Shown here piece by piece: positions 24,365 through 33,443 of a DNA stretch of 64,000 nucleotides. Location: NCBI GenBank assembly GCA_051047955.1, contig JBPGPT010000012.1:310001-374000 (forward strand), read 5' to 3'. Positions within the stretch are counted from its first letter, which is position 1, and every line of letters starts with the position of its first letter. The notes under the pieces were generated by a model. The model did not search any database. It was given only the letters and a program-made list of their open reading frames with translations, and was not told the origin of the DNA. The stretch comes from Cystobasidiomycetes sp. EMM_F5 (Eukaryota). Made by a program: the position numbers and the translations under genes.

Positions 24365-27300
24365 ATGTTCAAGGGCCTATTCGACAGCGACACTGCCGTC
24401 AAACATGCTCAGGCGTCAACATCGCAAGGCGCACGCAGGCGATACAGTTCTAATGTAAACAGATCGTTACATGGCAGGGCTCCATCCTATCCGCCCTTTC
24501 CGCTACCGTTGCCCCACCGGAACATCAACGTAACAGCTGATGCGGCAGGTCTTATCCTGAGTCCGGCAAACGGCGGAGGACGTGCCGTGCTACTTTCGTG
24601 GGCACTGAAGACAACCGTCAGCGTGATAGATAGTCTCAGTCACATTGAAAAGAAAGCAAGTGTTTCACACAGATGCTCCGCGTTCGGTGTAGTGGGAGTC
24701 TTGAATCTATTCCAAGGCAGAGCAAAGCTATATCGCTCCTTCAATGATCAGCAACTGATGCATTATATCAACAGAATCATACGTCCTGCTCATCAGCTCG
24801 CGGCGGCATGTTGGATATTTCGGAAGCTCCGAGACAAAGAGTATCAAGTGCTTAACGGGGTACGCGCAGAATATTTCTCGTTGTGGAGCGACGCATTATA
24901 CTCATTACGCCGTCATAGAATACTCGCGGTGCCGCTCTCTGATCGCGCAAAGGCAGCTGCAGTGCTACGAGACCACTCTGCAAAGCATGCGGACCAGCAG
25001 AGACGGCAGAAACCGCAAAGCTCGGGACTCAGCGATATCTCTGGCGTATCTTCGGATGCCTCTGATGAAGAAGAAAATGCACGAAAGACCTTGGCATCCA
25101 CCGCAGTATCTGGAATTAACGCTGTTCCCAATCCTCCGGTTGAGGCGTCGCCTAATGACGCTGAAGCCGTCGAAACCTCGATACAGTCGTCGACGGATGC
25201 GAATCGCAGACCGGGCCTTCTGCAAGGGCTTGGACGAATATTTTGGTCAACATCAACGGCAGAGAAAGATACGAAACCGTTAGACTTGATTGCGCTTGCC
25301 GAACAAGCAACACCGCCCGTCAGTGCAGCTACGGAGGTACACGCTAGTGGGCCTGAGGTAGTACAATCTCCTCTTTCGCCAGCAAACAGCACCGAGACAC
25401 CTTCGCTCCGTGAACTGGACAAGAAGATTCTGACGGAGGCTATAGCCGAAATGACGAGTGGGGGCTTCTTCTACAGCCAAAACTTTGATTTTACCAGGTG
25501 CACGCAGAGACGATGGGCACAGCTCCGAGAAGAGAAGCAATTTTTAAATACAAGCATCTCGGACATAGGTGTGCTGCCCGCTGTAGAGTCAACATCCCCC
25601 AGCAGGACATCAAAGGCGGCTTTGCCCCAGGGTGAAGATGCCATAGACATCAATAACGAGGAACCGCAAGCCAACAGAACGCTGGTGCAACGGGCAGATC
25701 GACGATTTTGGTGGAATAACTGGCTGAGCAAACCGCTGACCGATGTGGGCGTTCGTGATGATCCTCCCTGTCTAGAAGACGGGCTCGTATGCTGACAAGT
25801 CCTGACATCCAGCTTGACGAATACGTCACGGTCCTTGTCCAGGGATTTGCGCAATCGCGAAGCGTCACTGTGGGCGACGAGCTAGATGTAAATATGCTGG
25901 TCATATCACGTCGAAGCATAGAGCGACCAGGATACCGATATCAGAGACGTGGAGTCAATGACAATGGCGGTGTTGCCAATTTCGTTGAAACGGAGTTCGT
26001 TTTAACTTCCGAGGTACGCATGCTTAACGATACCTTCCCTCCTGCTGATCCGTCTGCGTCCCCAGGTTGATGAACAGCTCCATCTATCAAGTTACGTGCA
26101 AATACGCGGCAGCATCCCTCTGTTCTGGAGCCAATCGCCCTGGTCGCTGAAGCCCGTACCGGTACTGGAACGGTCATCGGCCGACAACGAAGGTAAACGA
26201 TTTGCATAGGGGAACAATGAATACGCTGAGAGTCATGCCAGGTGCGATACGGAAGCACTTCAGCAAGCAGCAAGCATTATACTTTGGTAAAGTCAACGTT
26301 ATCAACTTGGCTGAAACGACCGGGAAAGAGGGCGTGATTGTTAACGCATACAAGAAGGCTGTCACAGATCTCGACGACGACAACATCCAGTACAAAGAGT
26401 AACCGTCCATTCTTGTGATTTCTTACGTTCGGCTGAGTACCGTTGTCCACCTTGAATAGATGGGATTTCCACCATATTTGCAAGGGCATGAAGTTTGAAA
26501 AGATTTCCATTCTTTTGGACGAAATCGCTGAGGATATACTGCATGTGAAGTATGTGTGAGGGTCTCACTCAACACAGCCGTCTCTTATGCTACTTTTAAG
26601 GTCGTTTTGGTCTCTGAACGGAAAGAATCTAGAGCTCCAGGCTGGGGTTTTCCGCACAAATTGCATGGACTGTCTCGGTAAGGTTCATGAAACTTCAACA
26701 CAGCTTGAAGTCCTCTCAACATGCCACTAGATCGGACCAATGTCGTGCAGTCTGCTATTGCACGCAACATTCTGTCCTCGTTTCTTGTTCAGATTGGCAT
26801 CGGTCCCTTGCAGAGTGCTAGCAAGGAGAAGCTCGACTTGGCATTTAACGCAATTTGGGCAAATAACGGTGACGCTATCAGTCGCGAATATGCAGGTACC
26901 TCTGCACTCAAGGGCGACTTTGTACGGTCTGGCAAACGTAATTGGCGGGGACAAATCAACGATGCAACCAATTCCATGGCGAGGTTATATCAGAATACGA
27001 TTCTTGACTTCTTCAAACAGTCAATGCTAGACTACGTCCTGGGTATCAATATCAACGCTTTCGCGGACTTTAGTACAAACATGCAGACCGCAGATCCCGG
27101 TGAGATACTGCGCTTGAATGCCATCAGGCGGGCTGCAAGTAGGTCAAAACTCAGCAACTGAAGGGACTGCAACTGATAGAAAGCTATTGCAGTCAATACA
27201 GCATGGTCACATTGCTTATCGGAAGACGAGCAGAAAGAAGGGGCTTGGACCGTCTTGTCCCCGGCTACACTCGGCAAAATTCAAGATTCTCAATTCGAGG

Positions 27301-27995
27301 AGAAAATTCTGCTCATTACCAAGAAGGCTCTGTATTGCTGTGCGTATAGAGCGTCTACCTTCGTTGGATTGTCACAGTCAGCTCTGACGAAAAAATGCAG
27401 GTTCATACGAGTATACTTTACAGAAAGTCCGCGAATTCGTCCGGATTCCATTGGGGCAAATCCTTAGTTTGACGAAAGGGGCATACATATTATCTGCATT
27501 GCACGCTGCCGCACGAAATGTGAACGAAAATTTCGGCTTTACGGTGAAATATCTGCCCGAAGGCAGTGATGCCCGCTCCAGCACGTATTCAGTGCGCAAT
27601 ACATCTGCAATCCTTGCGCCGCAAACAGCGGCGGGTGAAGATGCGATCAAGATACAAGAACGGGTAGAGGCACCGCGTATGATCGCATTCAAAGCTATGC
27701 GACAAGATCTAGTACGTGACCCAGAGGCTCAAGGCCTGTCAGAGTTACGGACGTCAAGTCGACAGCAGGTGAACACCATCGTCTCGCAAATTCGGCAGCT
27801 ATGTGAAGATATTGGATCCGCAAGCGAAGAAGACAACGACTTTATTGTCGATAGCCCGATTATTTCGGTGGAGCAGGCCGCTCAGGACATCGGCCTGTTT
27901 GACCGCATTCAGCACGAGATCAAGGTGAGCTAATAGTGCAGCGTTTCTTGCGCAAGTCTCTGACGCATTTCGATTAGAGTCTGATCTGGCTCTGA
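24365..27995 (+). CDS. Sac-domain phosphoinositide phosphatase with hSac2-type C-terminal domain (Sac2/INPP5F-like)
   Basis: ISRRSIERPGYRYQRRG, VANFVETE, QIRGSIPLFWSQ, catalytic RTNCMDCL|DRTNVVQ, WANNGDAISREYAGTSALKGDF. Confidence 0.9.
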
Positions 27996-28145
27996 CTCGC
28001 TTGGAAGCGATTTCAATGAAGAGGTCCGGTACCTGAAACTGCACTCCGATACCGCGCGTTGTGGTATGACGCAGCAACATTAATATTATGATAGTATTAT
28101 GACGTACCACTCAAGCTTGCACACGAAGATTCCGCGTTTGTGTAT

Positions 28146-28240
28146 TCAGAAATCTAACGCGGTCATCAGTGGTTGCATTTTCGCCCTTGGACGTACACGC
28201 GCGTCCAGAAATGCGAGAGGTAGTTAGTTCAACAATCATG
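28146..28240 (-). ncRNA. Possible box C/D snoRNA (snR58-like guide)
   Basis: Minus strand: degenerate C box ATGATT, internal stem-loop GGACG..CGTCC, C' box TGATGA, 13-nt spacer ending GTTAGATTT, D box CTGA. Lies in an ~800-bp gap without a credible CDS. Confidence 0.3.
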
Positions 28241-28802
28241 CTATTGCCAGGGATTTGGGGTAAAGGTTGCAACTATTCTTGCAACTTGTACACACTGTAC
28301 ATGCATGTAGCAACAGGGAGCGAGCGGCCAAGGCTTGAAGTCAATCTGATCAGACAGGGCGACGGGACGAGTGAAGAGTGTGAAGTGTAATTGATTCGAC
28401 ACTGGGCCGAAGCGTACAGGTCATAAATATCGATGTCGCCCGTCCATGGCCCGTATCGCAAGAGCATTGCGGGCTCATGTTCTTAGCGTATCTTGTTTGC
28501 ATACACGACGCCGCTTTCTTTGCCGCTGTTCGTAAAAGCGTGCGGATACCCCGACAGGTCGCTCTATAGCTAAGGTGCTGTGTTTGTGAATATAAAATCG
28601 GCTTCAATACGGAGTCAGTGAATGCCAGAGATATCCTGCGGGCCGGAGTGCAATAGGCGAATCTGTTTCTTGCGCAACGACTTTCTACCTTTCCCACTTT
28701 GTCCTTTGACAATCGTCATGATACATCCTGCGACGTCCACAAGGGCAAGCTGCTAGCCATGGAGATCAGCACAGGCTACATTTGTCGCATAAGAGCATCA
28801 GA

Positions 28803-31800
28803 ATGTCGTCGAGAAATGGCGATGTCAGCGCCAGTATCGCAACGAAGGCAAGCCGTCCAAAGCCTGGACGAACAGCCCGAGACGGCCGACGCGAGAATCT
28901 GCTCAAACGACTGGGGACTTTGCATAGTCTTTCCGTCAACAGTGTAGCATTGCTGGCAGTCGCCTTCATTCTTCTTCTCCATCTCTGCGCTTTGACGCTC
29001 TTTTCTCGTGGATTCCTTCTCAGCCGCACAACACTCGAGAAGCGCAATCTGTGCAATGTCGCATCACGGGACTGCACTTTGACGCCAAAGTTTGACCGAG
29101 CTATCATTCTGCTCATTGACGCTCTGCGTTATGACTTCCTCTTGCCCGCGGATCCGACACTGTCCTCTTTCGACGGGGCACATCATAATCATTTGACGCT
29201 ACCAGGTCAACTAACCGCTCGCTGGCCAGAGCATTCGCTGCTCTTCAAAGGCGTTGCGGATCCGCCTACCACAACCTTGCAGCGCCTAAAAGCTCTGACA
29301 ACAGGAAGTCTCCCTACATTCGTAGATGCAGGTTCAAACTTCGCAGGAAGCGCGGTTGAGGAGGACAATTGGCTCGAGCAAGCGAATAGAGCTGGAAAAC
29401 GTATTGCTTTTATGGGCGACGATACGTGGCTTACCATATTTCCAGAAGCAATCTTTGCACCGAATCTCTCATTCCCCTTTGATTCGTTCAACGTAGAGGA
29501 TCTGGATACTGTGGATCGTGGGGTCAGGAAGCATATTATTCCATTACTAGATGAGCCCGCGGCCGGCTCGTCCTGGGACATCTTGATTGCACACCCGCTT
29601 GGGCTAGATCACGCCGGACACCGATTTGGCGCTTCACACGCAGAGACATCGCGCAAGTTGGACGAGATGAATGCTTTACTGCTCGATGTCGTCGATCGCT
29701 TGGCAACAAAGGATCTGCTCATCGTGCTGGGTGATCATGGCATGGACTCCAATGGCAATCACGGTGGCGACAGTCCCGACGAAACCGATGCAGGCTTATG
29801 GATCTACAGCAAGACTGCACTGACTCCCTCTAATGTCCTGGATATACAGCCATTCCGACAGTCGTCTAGCACATTGACGTCATTGCTGGGGCTTGCGCCA
29901 GATGGTTATGCCGAGTTCTTCCAGCATCACGGCACGACCACCCGTAGCGTGTCGCAGATTTCGTTAATCCCAACTTTATGCCTGCTTCTGGGCATTCCAA
30001 TTCCGCTCAATAATTTGGGCACCGTCATACCGGAACTTTTCGTGGAAACTACAACGGCTTCATTGCTTCATCGTGCGGTTCATGGACCTTCAACCAACCA
30101 ACTCCTTCAAGCTATGCGTATTAACGCGATGCAAATTCGAGGGTATATTGAGGAGTATACGTCGAGCAAAACTGGCTCGGATCTAGCTCCTTTCGCAGCT
30201 AGCTTGCAAGACGCTTATCAAGCTGCGTCAGCTGAAGGCACGGAGGCTGCTGAATTCGTCGCACTGCGCCATTTCACATTCTCCGTATTGCGAGTGACGC
30301 GAGGCATATGGGCAAGGTTCGACGCTAAACTCATGCTTGCCGGCGTGGTCGTGTTGTTTGGGTCGCTCATCGCAATTTGGCGCTTCTATTGTCTGAGCCG
30401 GCAGCCAGGGCCTCTTTACCGGAAGGGCGTCCTTCGCGCAGCCTTGGCTCAAGGTACTTCGGGCGCAGTTATTGGCCTGACATGCGGAGTACTAGCTCTG
30501 TTACTCTCGAGAGCATTGTCGACCCAGGCTAATCTGTCTAGCAACATTGTGATTTTCGGTACGAGCATCGGTGGTCTGGCAGGTATCCTATCATATCGCA
30601 AAGATGCAGAATTGGAGTCACCCGCGACAACCATATCCACGTCTGATTACCTCGCCGTAGCTCAAATTCTCCTCCATAGCATTATGTTTGCGTCGAATTC
30701 GTATACGATGTGGGAGGATAGGGTCGTACTATACCTCGTGCAGATGACCTCTCTGGTCCTCGTTATTCAGGGGCACCGCGCATACATACCGCTGTTACGA
30801 TTGCGCATCATTCGCTTCGCGGTCCTTTCGATGATGCTGCATCGCTTCATTGCGTTCTCTACCATATGTCGGGAAGAGCAACATCCATACTGCAGTGCGA
30901 CTTTTTATGGAAGGAGCGGTGTCAGCACGGCTTCAGGGTCAGCATTCGGCCTTGCAATTCTCGCTGCCATCTTCCTTCCCACCATCACCGCCCGCTTCCT
31001 CGATATTGCCAAATCTCGTCAGGGATGGGCGTCCTTCATCCTGAGGTACAGCTTCAGATCGCTGCTACTTGCTGGTGTGCTGTACTGGATAGCGGAATAC
31101 TTCGAACATGAGGGGACACCTTCCCAAGTGCGCCTGTTGTCAACATTCCGAACCACTTTGGCGAGGTCGCAATTGCTATGCTGTCTACTACTGGGGAGCA
31201 CGTTCTGGGCTACTTCACCGGTATGCGTATCTGTCATAGAGCAGACATTCGAAAAGGAGGACGGGCAAACCTCGACCAAAGTATCAGTCATCGGATTCGC
31301 GAACGCCGCCGGAGCCTCATATCTCCTCGTGTTCATCGCTCTATTCAGTGGTATATTCCTACTCGCTCAACCTGTCGGTCAGTTTATCTACGCCATCGGC
31401 CTCGTTGCTCTGCTTTCTTTTCTCGAAGCCAATGACAGCAACCGCGATGCAGAATTGCTCCTCTCGCGAGCGCAAGGCAAGATGCCTCCGCTTGAAGTTG
31501 AAGGTGTCTCAGTGCGCCCAGATGTGCCGCCGTCGTTGATGAGCATATGTTATTTGGTACTCTGGGGTTTCAACATTTTTTTTGCGACGGGCCATCAAGC
31601 TGTATTGTCGTCTATACAGTGGAAAGCAGCCTTTATCGGATTTCCCGTACTCACTTATCCCTTTTCTCCGATATTGGTAATCCTCAATACTTTAGGTCCG
31701 TTCATACTGTCTGCTGCAAGCGTGCCGCTACTCGTCTTTTGGAATACATCGCCCACCATGAAGAACGGACCTTCCATGCCAGTATTGACCAATATACTCA

Positions 31801-32033
31801 AGGCATCCTTTGGCTTCATGTTTTATCACACATCGACGACGTTGGCAACTGCTGCATTTGCTGCTCACCTCCGCCGGCATCTTATGGTATGGAAGGTATT
31901 TGCTCCGCGTTTCATGTTGTCTGCGATCACTCTGCTCGCGGTAGACGCTACTCTGCTTTTATTTGCCGTAGGATGGGGCACTTTGGGGACGTTGAGAAAG
32001 CTCAAAACGACATTTGGTTCGGCCTGGTGCTGA
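28803..32033 (+). CDS. GPI13: GPI ethanolamine phosphate transferase 3 (PIG-O), single uninterrupted ORF
   Basis: LFSRGFLLSR, IDALRYDF, ADPPTTTLQRLKALTTGSLPTFVDAGSNF, GLDHAGH, GDHGMD, FFATGHQ, HLRRHLMVWKVFAPRF. Confidence 0.96.
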   Translation: MSSRNGDVSASIATKASRPKPGRTARDGRRENLLKRLGTLHSLSVNSVALLAVAFILLLHLCALTLFSRGFLLSRTTLEKRNLCNVASRDCTLTPKFDRAIILLIDALRYDFLLPADPTLSSFDGAHHNHLTLPGQLTARWPEHSLLFKGVADPPTTTLQRLKALTTGSLPTFVDAGSNFAGSAVEEDNWLEQANRAGKRIAFMGDDTWLTIFPEAIFAPNLSFPFDSFNVEDLDTVDRGVRKHIIPLLDEPAAGSSWDILIAHPLGLDHAGHRFGASHAETSRKLDEMNALLLDVVDRLATKDLLIVLGDHGMDSNGNHGGDSPDETDAGLWIYSKTALTPSNVLDIQPFRQSSSTLTSLLGLAPDGYAEFFQHHGTTTRSVSQISLIPTLCLLLGIPIPLNNLGTVIPELFVETTTASLLHRAVHGPSTNQLLQAMRINAMQIRGYIEEYTSSKTGSDLAPFAASLQDAYQAASAEGTEAAEFVALRHFTFSVLRVTRGIWARFDAKLMLAGVVVLFGSLIAIWRFYCLSRQPGPLYRKGVLRAALAQGTSGAVIGLTCGVLALLLSRALSTQANLSSNIVIFGTSIGGLAGILSYRKDAELESPATTISTSDYLAVAQILLHSIMFASNSYTMWEDRVVLYLVQMTSLVLVIQGHRAYIPLLRLRIIRFAVLSMMLHRFIAFSTICREEQHPYCSATFYGRSGVSTASGSAFGLAILAAIFLPTITARFLDIAKSRQGWASFILRYSFRSLLLAGVLYWIAEYFEHEGTPSQVRLLSTFRTTLARSQLLCCLLLGSTFWATSPVCVSVIEQTFEKEDGQTSTKVSVIGFANAAGASYLLVFIALFSGIFLLAQPVGQFIYAIGLVALLSFLEANDSNRDAELLLSRAQGKMPPLEVEGVSVRPDVPPSLMSICYLVLWGFNIFFATGHQAVLSSIQWKAAFIGFPVLTYPFSPILVILNTLGPFILSAASVPLLVFWNTSPTMKNGPSMPVLTNILKASFGFMFYHTSTTLATAAFAAHLRRHLMVWKVFAPRFMLSAITLLAVDATLLLFAVGWGTLGTLRKLKTTFGSAWC

Positions 32034-32193
32034 AACCACTTCATCGATGTGCTCTGCGCCACTGTTGTACTTGCCGTATCGAACAAAGTATCTTCCGTAT
32101 GCCCATTCATTATCTAATGAGCGCCGGAAGCGTTCTTGGTCCGTTTGAGCGACTTTTTCGCGGGGCTCGGCCTCAATACTTTCAGGCTACTCA

Positions 32194-32253
32194 CCAGAAT
32201 ACTACGAAGAATGTGCTGCAGTTATTTTCGTAATACTTGTCGTAGTATTCTGG
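32194..32253. repeat. 14-bp perfect inverted repeat (hairpin) just outside the left TIR
   Basis: CCAGAATACTACGA (32194-32207) and TCGTAGTATTCTGG (32240-32253), 32-nt spacer. Confidence 0.85.
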
Positions 32254-32275
32254 CAGGGCTTCCGTGGTACTTGCA

Positions 32276-32354
32276 GACGAGCTAGTGGGGTCTGCCAAAG
32301 GTCTGCTCCGGACCCTACCGGACCCTCCCGTGACCCTCGCCTGGGCTCACCGCT
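32276..32354 (+). repeat. Left terminal inverted repeat (79 bp)
   Basis: GACGAGCTAGTGGGGTCTGCCAAAGGTCTGCTCCGGACCCTACCGGACCCTCCCGTGACCCTCGCCTGGGCTCACCGCT; its reverse complement matches 37479-37557 with 2 mismatches. Confidence 0.97.
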
Positions 32355-32356
32355 CT

Positions 32357-33286
32357 CTAGCTAACATTTGCGAAGTTTCCTTGGGCAGCCTTGATGGCTT
32401 TGTTAACTCTTCGCTTGAAACGCAACTAGTTTGAATGGTGGGTGATGTAGGCGGCGTACACGCATCACTAGATAATGGTCTAGCTGCACACCGTTTCGCT
32501 TTACGTGGTGAGATAGCATTTACAACGATTTGCTTCTGTGTGATCTGGTGGACTTGATGTTCGGAATTCGAGCACGTGAAACTTTTCTCCGTACCAGCCT
32601 AATTTCATGCGGACTTCCTTCGCGCTTGATTGTCCTGTTTTTAACATAATCTGCACTTCCCTCTCGTTCTTTGCCTTTCCCCTTGACCCGCACAGTTCGC
32701 AAACCTTCGGCCGAAGCCTGCACTGCCTCAGGCGTTGTTTTAGCTACAGGCGCATTGAGTGAACCAAAGGGCACGAGCGCTTTGGCGCGTGCAATTCTTT
32801 CAGACGGATCCATATCTTGGGCGCAGAGCGTACTGTATAGCTTCTGAATAAGATCCACGGCGTAAGGGAATGGCTGGTTTTCGTGAAATTCCGGCAGCTC
32901 TTCAAACAGCTCCAGTGCTAGCTTCAGCTAAATCCAACTAATTAGATAGCTATTCATCGAGATCCGACTCCGCTTACATCGGCTGAGGCAGACGAAGGTG
33001 CATCGAGATTTAACCAGCAGAATGCCGCGAGTATGTACGCCTCACAATTTGCCACCGCTCCGCTGTCGTCCCTGATGTTATGGTACACCCAAGCTACAGC
33101 TCCAGCGTAATCACCTTCCTTCATAGTGTTCATTATCTCAGCGTTGTCGACGGACTGCTGGTAGTATTCCAAAATGAAGTTGCGACCCCTGTTATGCAAC
33201 GCAATTGAGCAGGTGCATCAGCAGCAAACGTGCAGCATGCATACGTACAATTCTACCAACGCTCTCATCTCGCTTGTGGTCGCCAT
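32357..33286 (-). CDS. Orphan protein A of the TIR cassette (~250 aa; helical N-terminal half, basic/disordered C-terminal half)
   Basis: Three canonical GT-AG introns give one open frame MATTSEMRALVEL|GRNFILEYY...SASAD|LKLALELFEELP...HEIRL|KQIVVNAISPRKAKR...GNFANVS*. Confidence 0.7.
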
Positions 33287-33443
33287 AAGAGCCGTCACCA
33301 AGATACTAATAACGCAGGAATTACTCTAAGAACAAGATCAATTGGGCTCGAGCGTGACTCACGGGGTCACTCACGGGTCCGTTCAACGAGCCTGAACATT
33401 CTCGACCTCCTGACTGCGACTGCTAAGCCATCAAACCGAGAAT

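Noticed and set aside
28240..28720. Telomerase RNA or RNase P/MRP RNA in the gap
   Set aside because: No CTAACCCTAA-type template and no complete P4 consensus found by eye; a covariance search is still advisable.
32305..32340. GACCCT repeats as telomeric or CRISPR-like repeats
   Set aside because: Not tandem TTAGGG, and there are no spacers of CRISPR length; they are sub-repeats of the TIR.
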